Positions 1-8,825 are shown, counted from the stretch's first letter. The stretch: 33,282 nucleotides of DNA from a virus (IMGVR_UViG_3300045988_114316:1-33282), one strand, 5' to 3'. The notes: a model not told the origin generated them from the letters alone. Numbers and translations are program-made.

Positions 1-125
1 GATACTGGTCAGCGGCAACCAACACCGGAGACCGGTCAGCGGCAACCAACACCGGAGACCGGTCAGCGGCAACCAACACCGGATACCGGTCAGCGGCAAC
101 CAACACCGGATACCGGTCAGCGGCG
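1..125. repeat. Tandem 27-bp coding repeats, about 4.6 units, unit accggagaccggtcagcggcaaccaac encoding TGDRSAATN or TGYRSAATN
   Basis: Read directly. The same unit recurs at 33127-33282. Bases 1-32 are identical to 33251-33282. Confidence 0.9.
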
Positions 126-350
126 ATCGTTACTGGCGATGAATCCATCGCTATAGCAACAGGAATATACGGAAAAGCAAAAGGCAGTATAGGTTGTTAT
201 TTGGTGATTGCAGAGTGGAAAATGACAAATAGTGAATGGCACATCGTAGACGTGAAATCTACGAAAGTAGACGGAGTGAAAATCAAAGCAGATATATTTT
301 ACCGGTTAGTCGATGGGAAATTCGTTGAAGTTGAAGGAGAAGAAAAATGA
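1..350 (+). CDS. 3' part of the repeat-containing protein. It is 5'-partial at the window edge. If the contig is circular it continues the CDS that starts at 32806.
   Basis: Frame 3 is open from the window edge to TGA 348-350, translating YWSAATNTGDRSAATNTG...IVTGDESIAIATGIYGKAKGS...VEGEEK*. The stop overlaps the next start as ATGA. Confidence 0.7.
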   Translation, partial: YWSAATNTGDRSAATNTGDRSAATNTGYRSAATNTGYRSAAIVTGDESIAIATGIYGKAKGSIGCYLVIAEWKMTNSEWHIVDVKSTKVDGVKIKADIFYRLVDGKFVEVEGEEK

Positions 351-1261
351 GATGTGCAAAATGTGGGAAAGAGATTCATAAGGTGCTATTAAATGTATTC
401 AACTTTGATGGTTTAGACGATTTTGTTGAAGGAGACATAGGAGAGATTGAGTGCTGTGATGCTGTTTACATTTCAACGTATAGAAATTGGACAGGATATG
501 AATTGTCAGAAGAAGAACAAAGAGAAACGATCTTATGTCCGCATTGTGAGCAATTTCCATTTAAATCTGATGAAGTAAACGTTTTTGACAAAATTGAAAT
601 TCAGTGCTTTAAAGGAGAAGAAGAAATGGAAAATCCATTTAGACCAAAACAGGAAATTACAGTCGGCGGAGTTAAATTCACGATCATTCAGACCGCCGAA
701 AGCTGGGTGAAGTGCATTGCTTCGGAGTGTATCGGAAACGGCGCTTTTGCCGCGAAGAATCGAAATAATTTCGCCGAGTCCGATATTCGCGAGTTCTTGA
801 ACGGCGAATTCCTGCAAAAGCTGATCGAGGCGGGCGCACCTGAAGCAATGTTCGAGTATTTCAACATAGACTTGACCGCCGACGACGGCTTGAAGGACTA
901 CGGCGGCGATCGCGTCCGCGTCGGGCTTATCACGTGCGACGAATACAGGCTTCTTCGCGGCAACATTCCGGGTCTTACGGGCACTTGGTGGTGGACAGCT
1001 ACACCGGACAGTTCGAAAAACAATTTCGTCCGCAACGTCTATTCCGACGGCACGCTGAACAGCAACAATGCTTCCTTCGGGAACATCGGCGTTCGCCCGA
1101 TTTGCGTTCTGAAATCGGAAATCTTGAAATCTTACCTTGACGGGGGCGAAAAGAAACGCGCCGAAGCTGTCGATATGATGAAACATATTGCGGCGGTGTG
1201 GAACATCAAACCGGAAGAGATATTTATTCCAGAAATCGAAAAAGGTGAAAGCATTGTTTGA
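347..1261 (+). CDS. Hypothetical protein: N-terminal CxxC...CxxC zinc-ribbon-like region plus a C-terminal DUF6273-like domain (TWWWTATPDS...GVRPICVL motif)
   Basis: 304-aa ORF with RBS GAAGGAGAAG. The C-terminal motifs WWW..SP and GVRP match the DUF6273 family as I recall it. The 3' half, about 690-1130, is markedly GC-rich. Confidence 0.6.
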   Translation: MRCAKCGKEIHKVLLNVFNFDGLDDFVEGDIGEIECCDAVYISTYRNWTGYELSEEEQRETILCPHCEQFPFKSDEVNVFDKIEIQCFKGEEEMENPFRPKQEITVGGVKFTIIQTAESWVKCIASECIGNGAFAAKNRNNFAESDIREFLNGEFLQKLIEAGAPEAMFEYFNIDLTADDGLKDYGGDRVRVGLITCDEYRLLRGNIPGLTGTWWWTATPDSSKNNFVRNVYSDGTLNSNNASFGNIGVRPICVLKSEILKSYLDGGEKKRAEAVDMMKHIAAVWNIKPEEIFIPEIEKGESIV

Positions 1262-1345
1262 ATTGGAGGGAGAAGAAAATAAAACCGAAAAGGTGACAAA
1301 GGAGACTGTTGAAAATGAATAGAGTACCTTTATCTCCGAAGAAAG

Positions 1346-1540
1346 ATGAATTATGCTATTGTACTGCTTATTCCTGCTCGAACAGATACGACCTATTTTC
1401 ACGATTACATATACGGGAAAGCAGAAATTCGCTTCATTCGTGGACGGCTTCGCTTCATAGACGAAGAAGGAAACACCAGTGGTCCCGCGCCTTTTCCTTC
1501 TATGATTGTAATTTATAACAGGAGTAAACAGAACCAATAA
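1346..1540 (+). pseudogene. C-terminal remnant of a phage Dam-type N6-adenine DNA methyltransferase (PF05869-like: PARTDT..FHDY...AEIRFIRGRL.F...APFPS.IVIY)
   Basis: The 64-aa ORF matches only the C-terminal ~55 aa of Dam-family methylases. An in-frame stop lies 9 codons upstream. No N-terminal catalytic half is visible in any frame. Confidence 0.5.
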
Positions 1541-1553
1541 AAGGAGAATAAAG

Positions 1554-1778
1554 ATGAAAGGTATAGATTTTAGCTATGGTACATGGTGTGATAGTCTGGA
1601 AAAACAGGCCAACGAACAAGGGTATACGTTGGAATGCGCAGATTTGTATGAATCTTTAAGAAAAAGTATAGGTTTGTTATTATTCCAACGAATTGTAACA
1701 GATAAACAAGCTGACATGATGTTTGAAAAATTACATAAAAAAGTTGTAAAGTCTTTAAAACTATTGGAGGAAAAGTAA
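1554..1778 (+). CDS. hypothetical protein
   Basis: 74-aa ORF with RBS AAAAGGAGAA; coupled to the next gene by a TAATG overlap. Confidence 0.5.
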   Translation: MKGIDFSYGTWCDSLEKQANEQGYTLECADLYESLRKSIGLLLFQRIVTDKQADMMFEKLHKKVVKSLKLLEEK

Positions 1779-2206
1779 TGAGTGGAGAACAAATGAATTT
1801 CCCAGAAAGTTGGAGGGAATTTTTAGAAGACTACAGCTTTTTGGATTCAAAAGAAGTATATACGAATGGAAGTAAACTGATTCCAGTTTTTCGTGTTGAG
1901 CAAATGGTAGAGAATTATTGGGAGAAGGAGGTAAAACAAGCAAAGCCAAATTTTCGGTTAGAGGATTATCAAGAAAATTATGTAATGCACTGTAATACCG
2001 AAGAAAAAGCTAAAATCTTCTGTGATTTTTTACATGATGCAGGGAGAACATGGAATAGTGGAGTATTATATAATCAAATAATATTTTGGAGAACCTACAA
2101 GGAAAAAACCGTTTACTGTTTTGATGAGGGAATGTTTGCAGATGTAGAATGTGCAATAAATAGTGATTATCAAGTTTTAGAATTCGATGATTTTAATTGG
2201 GAATAA
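1778..2206 (+). CDS. hypothetical protein
   Basis: 142-aa ORF with RBS TGGAGGAAAAG. Confidence 0.55.
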   Translation: MSGEQMNFPESWREFLEDYSFLDSKEVYTNGSKLIPVFRVEQMVENYWEKEVKQAKPNFRLEDYQENYVMHCNTEEKAKIFCDFLHDAGRTWNSGVLYNQIIFWRTYKEKTVYCFDEGMFADVECAINSDYQVLEFDDFNWE

Positions 2207-2216
2207 GGAGGGTGCT

Positions 2217-2321
2217 ATGGACGCGGTTACATTTTTTAAGGAAAAACAAAGAATGACAAAAGAGTGCACTATTAAATGTTATAAATGCCCTTTATCATAT
2301 GAAAAAACGAGAAAGGTTTAG
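2217..2321 (+). CDS. Small Cys-rich ORF (34 aa, CTIKCYKCP). Possibly the 5' part of a frameshifted zinc-finger gene that continues in the -1 frame to 2560.
   Basis: ATG with RBS GGAGGGTG. A downstream frame-2 ORF 2303-2560 (85 codons, CYPCRKRY motif) has no start codon and begins inside an A7 run. Confidence 0.25.
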   Translation: MDAVTFFKEKQRMTKECTIKCYKCPLSYEKTRKV

Positions 2322-2562
2322 CCTGCTCAATACTTGAAAGATACTATCCGGAAAAGGCCGTTGAGATCATTGAGAATTGGTCAAAGAAACACCCTATAAA
2401 GACAAGACAGAGTGAATTTTTAAAGCTGTATCCGAAAGCAGCCTTAAAAGACGGCGTTTTAGCGTTCAATCCATGTGAGTTGGATTCTGATATAAAGTGT
2501 TTTGAGGAAGATAAAACGTGCTATCCGTGTCGAAAAAGGTATTGGTTGGAAGAGGTGTAGCG

Positions 2563-2787
2563 ATGAAAGGAGAAATATTTTTTCGGTGTACGGACGGCAC
2601 AGAAATCCCCGTAAAAGAGGTTCGAGGGTTAGAAGGCAACGGGGTTTTAATCATTATAATGGCACAAATTCTCCGAAAAGAAGATATGCAAAAAATGGAA
2701 CAAAATATCGAAACACGCCTTGGAAACGGAATGCGCGTGATCGTGCTTGACGAACGAGTCAAAGAAATTATGCGATTAGAGCATTAA
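2563..2787 (+). CDS. hypothetical protein (74 aa)
   Basis: Internal ATG of track ORF 2518-2787, preceded by GGAAGAGGTG. Confidence 0.5.
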   Translation: MKGEIFFRCTDGTEIPVKEVRGLEGNGVLIIIMAQILRKEDMQKMEQNIETRLGNGMRVIVLDERVKEIMRLEH

Positions 2788-2819
2788 ACAAAAGAAAAGA
2801 ATGAGAAAGAGGTAGAGAG

Positions 2820-3026
2820 ATGATTGAATACAAAATAACAGAACATATCGCAACAATCAGCCAAAGGGGAGAGTGGTACCTGGAACTGAATCGAGTAAAA
2901 TGGAACAACGGCGAGGAAAAGCTGGATTTGCGTGCATGGAGCAGTGATCATTTGAAATGCAGCAAAGGAATCACGTTGACCGACGGCGAAGCGAAAACGC
3001 TGAGGGGTGCGTTAGAAGAAATTTAA
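2820..3026 (+). CDS. PC4/YdbC-like ssDNA-binding protein
   Basis: The 68-aa protein matches the YdbC/PC4 pattern W..EL..V.WN.....D.R.W..DH.K..KGITLT.E (ELNRVKWNNGEEKLDLRAWSSDHLKCSKGITLTDGEAKTL). RBS GAAAGAGGTAGAG. Confidence 0.75.
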   Translation: MIEYKITEHIATISQRGEWYLELNRVKWNNGEEKLDLRAWSSDHLKCSKGITLTDGEAKTLRGALEEI

Positions 3027-3050
3027 ACATTATATATATAGAAAGTAATC

Positions 3051-3107
3051 TGCCTGGGACAAGTCCCAGGCATAGCCATAGGCACAAAGGGAGTGGAAGT
3101 CTCCCTT
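3051..3107. promoter_or_regulatory. Two palindromic/hairpin elements upstream of rep (perfect 22-bp palindrome TGCCTGGGAC-AA-GTCCCAGGCA; 7-bp stem AAGGGAG..CTCCCTT). Candidate origin or regulatory site.
   Basis: Read directly; lies between the ssDNA-binding gene and the HUH Rep gene. Confidence 0.3.
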
Positions 3108-3144
3108 ACCTTCTCGCTTAGAGTATTATTATCAGGGACAAAAG

Positions 3145-3945
3145 ATGAAGGTTATTCAGGAAACGTGCATAGCAGGAAGAACCATAGATCGAACGATAAA
3201 AATCACATCAGGAAACCATCGGTCGAAGCGTTCACCTAAAATAAACATCACACCAGAAAAAGTGCAAAAGAATAACGATCGCATCGCCGTAAAAAAATTA
3301 ATGCGATTGCTGAATGCAAATTTCACCGGTGGAGATTTACATATCGTGCTGACATACAAAGATGCGCCAGATCAGCTGCAGGCGAAAAAAGACCGTGAAA
3401 ATTTTTTAAAGGCTCTGCGGCGGAAGTTGAAAAAAAACGGAAAAGATCTGAAGTACATAGCCGTAACAGAATATAAGCACACCAGAATCCACCACCATAT
3501 CATTATTGGCGATTGTGACATTGCGTTAATTGAGGAAACCTGGAAAAAAGGATTTGTCAAATATTCGGTGTTAGATAACACGGGAAACTATGCTGATCTG
3601 GCCGCGTATCTGATCAAAGAAACGACGAAAACGATTCGGGAAGAAGGCAGCGTACAGAAAAAACGCTATTCTCGTAGCGCAAATCTAATTACTCCGATCG
3701 TCACAAAGCGGTATGTCGATGAATCGAAACTATGGGAAGATCCGGAGCCGATCAAAGGCTATTATATTGATCAAGACCACTGCAGGCGGTATGAGCACCC
3801 AGTAACCGGACTGGAACATTTGGAATACATCATGGTGGCAATAGACGAACCGCGAAAGATAAAACGATGGCCAGGGCAAAAGATAAGCGACAGCGAATAC
3901 TATAAAACGACATATGAGGAGGAACAAGAAAGCCTATGGATATAG
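3145..3945 (+). CDS. Rolling-circle replication initiator, HUH endonuclease superfamily (Rep_1/pC194-like motifs)
   Basis: Motif 1-like HIVLTYKD, HUH motif RIHHHIIIG, and catalytic Tyr motif-like ADLAAYLIKE in the canonical order. Confidence 0.6.
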   Translation: MKVIQETCIAGRTIDRTIKITSGNHRSKRSPKINITPEKVQKNNDRIAVKKLMRLLNANFTGGDLHIVLTYKDAPDQLQAKKDRENFLKALRRKLKKNGKDLKYIAVTEYKHTRIHHHIIIGDCDIALIEETWKKGFVKYSVLDNTGNYADLAAYLIKETTKTIREEGSVQKKRYSRSANLITPIVTKRYVDESKLWEDPEPIKGYYIDQDHCRRYEHPVTGLEHLEYIMVAIDEPRKIKRWPGQKISDSEYYKTTYEEEQESLWI

Positions 3946-3976
3946 GCGTAATTAGCATACGCGAAAGGAGGAAGAA

Positions 3977-4438
3977 GTGGAACCGAAAGAATTTCTGAGC
4001 CAGTACCGGAGGGCAGTAACGGATATAGAGAATCTGGAGACCGAAGCGGAAGAACTGGAGAACATGGCGATGGGAATCACGGTAAGTACAGAAGGTGATC
4101 GCGTACAAACATCGGGGAAAAAAGATCGAATGGCCGAACTGGCCGCAAAAGCCGCGGACATTCGAATAGACATCATGAGAAAAAGAACAGAAGCCCTGGA
4201 AGCAATGCACAGGGTCAGCAGACTTATCGCCGGAATGGAAAACAACCGATACAGAAAACTATTACACATGCGGTACATAAAGGGCGCTACTTGGGAAGAG
4301 ATCGCTGTGAACATGCATTATTCGATCAAGCACATATATAAACTGCACGGCTGGGCACTTCGGGAAATCCGCAGCGAGTTGAAAGAGGAGACTAAATGCG
4401 ACAAAAAGAGAGCGTATAATGATAGTGTGGACGAATGA
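3977..4438 (+). CDS. Phage late-gene transcriptional activator, sigma-70 region-4-like (ArpU/RinA-type)
   Basis: GTG start with RBS AAGGAGG. C-terminal YIKGATWEEIAVNMHYSIKHIYKLHGWALREI is a sigma region-4-like HTH. It sits immediately upstream of HNH and terminase, the usual position for RinA/ArpU-type activators. Confidence 0.55.
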   Translation: MEPKEFLSQYRRAVTDIENLETEAEELENMAMGITVSTEGDRVQTSGKKDRMAELAAKAADIRIDIMRKRTEALEAMHRVSRLIAGMENNRYRKLLHMRYIKGATWEEIAVNMHYSIKHIYKLHGWALREIRSELKEETKCDKKRAYNDSVDE

Positions 4439-4544
4439 AAAAATGTAAAAAAAGATGGGAGGCACTCTCCTGTACAAGATGTTTGTTGCCGTCCACATTC
4501 CTCTATACTCTGGGCGCTGTGCATGCGGCGCCCCATAAAAACAC

Positions 4545-4859
4545 ATGGCGAAACAGTTTGCAAAAAAATTCTATCACTCTGCAAAATGGAGGGCGGCGAG
4601 GAGTGCATACATTGACCGGCGCATCATGATCGATGGGGGTATGTGCGAAGTATGCCGCAAAAGACCGGGCTACATCGTGCACCATATCAAGAACCTCACG
4701 GAAGAAAACATCATTGATCCGGAAATAAGTCTCAACGAGGAAAACTTTCGGTTCGAGTGCAAGGCATGCCACGACCGGGAAGAAGGACACTTCATAAACG
4801 ATAAACGGACGTCGTGTATATTCGATGAAGAGGGGCAGCCGATACCAAAGAGTGAATAA
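4545..4859 (+). CDS. HNH endonuclease (terminase-associated)
   Basis: Motifs CEVC...HHIK...N....C..CH. Located directly upstream of the terS/terL pair. Confidence 0.85.
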   Translation: MAKQFAKKFYHSAKWRAARSAYIDRRIMIDGGMCEVCRKRPGYIVHHIKNLTEENIIDPEISLNEENFRFECKACHDREEGHFINDKRTSCIFDEEGQPIPKSE

Positions 4860-4960
4860 ATATTCATTAATCCCCCCTATTATACAAATTGGCGTCGACT
4901 ATCCTACACCGCATGCCGGACCACATTTATCACCGATGACGTGCGCAGGGGGAGGGGGTA

Positions 4961-5015
4961 CATATTTATAACTATGCAAAATAGAAAGGGAGCATATTTA
5001 TAACTATGCAAAATA
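4961..5015 (+). repeat. Perfect 23-bp direct repeat CATATTTATAACTATGCAAAATA x2 (4961-4983 and 4993-5015). The second copy contains the terS start codon.
   Basis: Read directly. The first copy creates a 9-codon decoy ORF (MQNRKGAYL) whose first three codons match those of terS. Confidence 0.85.
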
Positions 5016-5368
5016 AACCAGAAAAAACAAAAGATGAATTGATTTTGGCGACGTATCGAAAAATGCGTCGTTTTTTTAAAAATTTGGACAAAGATCGCAT
5101 GGAAATTGCTGACAGGCTATGCAAAAAAGCGGCGTTTATGGACGTAACCTTAAACGAGCTGCAGGAGAAGATCACCGAAGAAGGCGCAGTGATTGAAGGC
5201 GTAAACGGAAACGGATTTAAAGTGAAAATGGATAATCCAGCGATACGCAGCTATAATACCATGTTTAAAAATTACTCCGCGGCAATGAAGCAGCTAATCG
5301 AATTACTGCCAGAAACGGGCCAGTACAGCGACGAATTCATGACATTCGTTATGGGTAGAAAAAAATGA
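5006..5368 (+). CDS. terS: Terminase small subunit, P27 family
   Basis: 120 aa. Sits between HNH and terL. Terminase_4-like sequence (...VNGNGFKVKMDNPAIRSYNTMFKNY...). ATGA overlap with terL. Confidence 0.8.
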   Translation: MQNKPEKTKDELILATYRKMRRFFKNLDKDRMEIADRLCKKAAFMDVTLNELQEKITEEGAVIEGVNGNGFKVKMDNPAIRSYNTMFKNYSAAMKQLIELLPETGQYSDEFMTFVMGRKK

Positions 5369-7035
5369 TCGAGATGGAACAATATTTTACCGCAGTTGCC
5401 GACGGGGAAATCTGGTCATGCGAAAAGATGAAGAGGATCGCAGACAGGATTCTTGAGGATTATGCCTGCCCGGGCGAATATCATTTTGACGCGGAGCTGG
5501 CCAGCCGGCACATTGAGTTTATCGAACGATTCTGTAAGGTCCCGGCAGGAGACGTCGGGGCACCGTTGAGACTGGAACTATTCCAAAAGGCAAGACTGCA
5601 AACCATATTCGGTTTCGTCGATGATAACGACCTCCGGCAGTACAACGAAGTCATGATCGTAGAAGGCCGGAAAAACGGAAAAACAACGGAATGCGCCGCC
5701 GTCGAGCTGGATCTATTGATGAACGACGGAGAAGGCGCGCCAGAAATCTATAATATCGCCACAAAATATGAACAGGCGATGAAGGGTTTCACGGCAGCAA
5801 ATAATATGCGCGTCCAATCGAAAGAGATCAGTCAGCATCTACGAAAGAGAGCATCAGATCTTTACTGCCATTACAACATGGGGACCATAAAAGCGATGGC
5901 AAGTAACGTAAAAAGCCTGGACTCTTTAGACGCACACGGAGTGATCATTGACGAACTGGCGGCAATTACTAACAGAGATATCTATGACCTGATGAAACAA
6001 TCAATGGGAGCGAGAAAACAACCGCTCCTTTTTTGTATTACGACAAATGGATTCGTGCGGCATGGGATTTTTGATGCGCAGTATGAATACGCCTACAAAG
6101 TTTTGACCGGGGAAGTGAAGAATAAGCGATTCTTGCCGTTCATTTACGAATTGGACGACGTAAATGAGATGTGGGATCGGAAAAACTGGATCAAAGCCAA
6201 CCCGGGACTGGGAACGATCAAAAAAGAGTCGTTTCTGGAAGAGATGGTACAAAAGGCCAAAGATGATCCGCCGTTTAAACCGACGGTCATTGTGAAAGAT
6301 TTCAATATCCCGCAGACGAATGAAGCGGCGTGGTTACGCTATGAAGAACTGAATAATGAGGAGAAATTCGATATCAGATTCGATTACGCAATAGGTGGAT
6401 TCGATGCGGCGGACAGCATCGACTTGAATGCCGCCAAGGTGATTTGTATGCGGCCAGATGATCCGCATATTTACGTGAAATCCATGTATTGGATCCCAGA
6501 AAGCGTGCTGCAGCAGGCCGAAAAAATGGGAAACCGTCAGGAACGTGACCGGGTGCCATATTCATTGTGGATAAATCAGGGATATATGCGAACCTGTCCA
6601 GGACAGAAATGTGACAAACGCATTTTTTTAGAATGGTTTAAGGAACTTCGTGATGAAGAGGATTTATATATCCTGTACATCGGGTACGACCCGTGGCACA
6701 TTGATGATACGCTGCTACGGGAGTTCAAAACAGAATTCGGAGAAAGCAGCATGATCCCAATTCGGCAGGGGGTGAAAACCTTGTCTACGCCAATGAAGGA
6801 TCTGAAAGCAGAATTTCGAGAAAAGAACATCGTCTATAACAACAACCCCATAGACAAGTGGTGCCTGATCAATACTGCGGTGAAAACCGACGTCAATGGC
6901 AACATTCAACCCGTAAAAACAGAGGATCCAACGCAGCGAATCGACGGAACTATCGCCCTAATTTGCGCGTATAAAGTGTTGCAGGATTATAAAGACAGAT
7001 ACATCAACTTAAACGAACCGGAAGAAGGTGAGTAA
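5365..7035 (+). CDS. terL: Terminase large subunit (Terminase_1 family)
   Basis: 556 aa with a Walker A-like EGRKNGKTTE and a C-terminal nuclease domain; followed by the portal gene. Confidence 0.9.
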   Translation: MIEMEQYFTAVADGEIWSCEKMKRIADRILEDYACPGEYHFDAELASRHIEFIERFCKVPAGDVGAPLRLELFQKARLQTIFGFVDDNDLRQYNEVMIVEGRKNGKTTECAAVELDLLMNDGEGAPEIYNIATKYEQAMKGFTAANNMRVQSKEISQHLRKRASDLYCHYNMGTIKAMASNVKSLDSLDAHGVIIDELAAITNRDIYDLMKQSMGARKQPLLFCITTNGFVRHGIFDAQYEYAYKVLTGEVKNKRFLPFIYELDDVNEMWDRKNWIKANPGLGTIKKESFLEEMVQKAKDDPPFKPTVIVKDFNIPQTNEAAWLRYEELNNEEKFDIRFDYAIGGFDAADSIDLNAAKVICMRPDDPHIYVKSMYWIPESVLQQAEKMGNRQERDRVPYSLWINQGYMRTCPGQKCDKRIFLEWFKELRDEEDLYILYIGYDPWHIDDTLLREFKTEFGESSMIPIRQGVKTLSTPMKDLKAEFREKNIVYNNNPIDKWCLINTAVKTDVNGNIQPVKTEDPTQRIDGTIALICAYKVLQDYKDRYINLNEPEEGE

Positions 7036-8290
7036 GATCGGATTATTCGAAAAAATATTTTCAAAGTACGCAGTAAATAAAGCTACAGCGAGCTATTTTA
7101 ACACGCTAACTGCCTACCAACCGCAGTTTACCACGTTTAACGGTGGAATCTATGAAGCGCTGCTTTGCAGGGCATCAATTCACACATTCGCAAATCACTG
7201 TAGCAAACTGAAAGTGGAGGTCATGGGCAATGATAAGGGACTGAAAAACATTTTGTCCGTAAGGCCAAACCCCTGGCAGACCACATCGCAGTTTTTATAT
7301 CGGCTGGCCACAATTTTAGAAAACGATACGACAGCGTTTATCGTACCGATTTTAGATTCTGCAGACATGCGGATTCGCGGTTTATTTCCAGTCAAACCGG
7401 CGAATGTGACGGTAAAAGAGTACCGTGGTGAGGAATATATTCAATTCCTGTTTCCGACCGGGAAAACGGCAATGGTAGAGTCGAAATATGTCGGCACATT
7501 AACAAAGTTTCAATACAACGACGATCTGTTCGGATCGGGAAATAAACCGATGTATCCAACGATCCGTATGATCGACACGCAGGACCAGGGCATCGTTGAA
7601 GGCGTAAAAAGCAATGCCGCGATTCGATTTATGGCAACGTTAGCGGGAGTATTCAAAAAGAAGGACATTGAAGAGGCACGGAAGACGTTTGCTGAAACGA
7701 ATTTGCAGAACAACGACACGGGCGTAATGATGTTCGACGAAAAATTCCGCGACGTCAAACAGATTACATCAAATCCGGCATACATCGACGATAAACAAAT
7801 GCAGCAGATCAAGAACAATGTCTATAGCTATTTCGGAACAAATGAGGCGGTTTTAATGAACACATTCGACGAAGGGCAATGGAACGCCTACTACGAAGGG
7901 AAAGTGGAGCCGTTTGCTATTCAGGTATCCGAAGTCATTACGACAATGCTATACACACTGAGAGAGTTGGCATATGGAAACAAAGTGGTGTTAAGTTCGA
8001 ACCGGCTGGAATATGCGTCAAATGAAACAAAAATCAACGTGGTTACGCAGTTATTTGACCGGGGAATGATGACGAAAAACCAAGGTCTGGAAGTGTTTAA
8101 CATGCCACCGGTAGAAGACGGAGATAAATTCTACATCCGGAAAGAATACGCAGAACTGGACAAGCTGAATGAAGCGCAAGGGTTAGAAGCGCAAAATCCA
8201 TATCAGGAAGGAGAAAAAAATGCCAAAAAGTCAGGAGAGGGAGTACCGAACAATGCCGGTGATCCTTCCAGTGAAGGAGAAACGAATTGA
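7028..8290 (+). CDS. Portal protein, HK97 family
   Basis: GTG start giving MSKIGLFEKIF (HK97 portal N-terminal signature); 420 aa; lies between terL and the prohead protease. Confidence 0.8.
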   Translation: MSKIGLFEKIFSKYAVNKATASYFNTLTAYQPQFTTFNGGIYEALLCRASIHTFANHCSKLKVEVMGNDKGLKNILSVRPNPWQTTSQFLYRLATILENDTTAFIVPILDSADMRIRGLFPVKPANVTVKEYRGEEYIQFLFPTGKTAMVESKYVGTLTKFQYNDDLFGSGNKPMYPTIRMIDTQDQGIVEGVKSNAAIRFMATLAGVFKKKDIEEARKTFAETNLQNNDTGVMMFDEKFRDVKQITSNPAYIDDKQMQQIKNNVYSYFGTNEAVLMNTFDEGQWNAYYEGKVEPFAIQVSEVITTMLYTLRELAYGNKVVLSSNRLEYASNETKINVVTQLFDRGMMTKNQGLEVFNMPPVEDGDKFYIRKEYAELDKLNEAQGLEAQNPYQEGEKNAKKSGEGVPNNAGDPSSEGETN

Positions 8291-8825
8291 TTCAGATTAC
8301 TACGTGGAGGGTTATGCCACGACATTCAATGAACCATATGTATTATGGGAATATGAAGGCCGAAAATACAAAGAGGTGATTGATCGAAATGCGCTTGCCG
8401 GCGCAGATATGAGCGATGTGCTGTTCCAATACAATCACATGGGAAAAGTATTCGCCCGAACAAAAATGAAACAAGGAAAGAAACCGACCCTGATCCTGGA
8501 AGCCCAGGAAAAGGGTCTTTTTATTGCCTGCGATTTAAGCCTGACAGAAGAAGCCCGAAAGCTATGGGAGGAAATCAATAGTGGACTGATCTATCAGATG
8601 TCATGGGGATTCACCGTTGAAGAGGATAGCTACAACCGTGACACCAGAACAAGAACCATCAAAAAAATCAAGAAGGTCTACGACGTTAGTGCGGTGGATT
8701 TACCGGCTAACCCGTCAACCGATATATCGTCTCGAAGCTGGATCGACGGAGTGATCGAAACGGAACGGCAGGAGTTCGCCGCGAGACAAAGGCAAATCAT
8801 CAAAATTTTAACGGAGGTAAGGTAA
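8220..8825 (+). CDS. Prohead protease, HK97 family (Peptidase_S78)
   Basis: Motifs GYATTFN, LFQYNHMGKVFART, SWGF and DVSAVDLPANPST. The start is ambiguous (ATG 8220 has RBS AAGGAG; alternative ATG 8253). It overlaps the portal 3' end. Confidence 0.8.
   Translation: MPKSQEREYRTMPVILPVKEKRIDSDYYVEGYATTFNEPYVLWEYEGRKYKEVIDRNALAGADMSDVLFQYNHMGKVFARTKMKQGKKPTLILEAQEKGLFIACDLSLTEEARKLWEEINSGLIYQMSWGFTVEEDSYNRDTRTRTIKKIKKVYDVSAVDLPANPSTDISSRSWIDGVIETERQEFAARQRQIIKILTEVR

Noticed and set aside
1-130. Possible CRISPR array (regular short repeats at both window ends)
   Set aside because: The units are contiguous 27-nt tandem repeats with no spacers. They sit in an open reading frame encoding a 9-aa repeat, so this is a coding repeat and not a CRISPR array.
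1309-1518. 69-aa + strand ORF overlapping the Dam remnant
   Set aside because: It is in an alternative frame of the Dam-like fragment and has no recognisable sequence features. The Dam-like frame carries the family motifs.
533-1537. 334-aa minus-strand ORF
   Set aside because: It is antisense to the GC-rich part of the 347-1261 gene. The translation is low-complexity, with no RBS or recognisable domains, so it is an artefact of local GC richness.
4435-4629. 64-aa ORF overlapping the HNH start, plus a GC-rich hairpin GGGCGC..GCGCCC at 4512-4533
   Set aside because: The ORF is in an alternative frame to the strongly supported HNH gene. The hairpin lacks a U-tail, so I did not call it a terminator. 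It may belong to the late promoter region.
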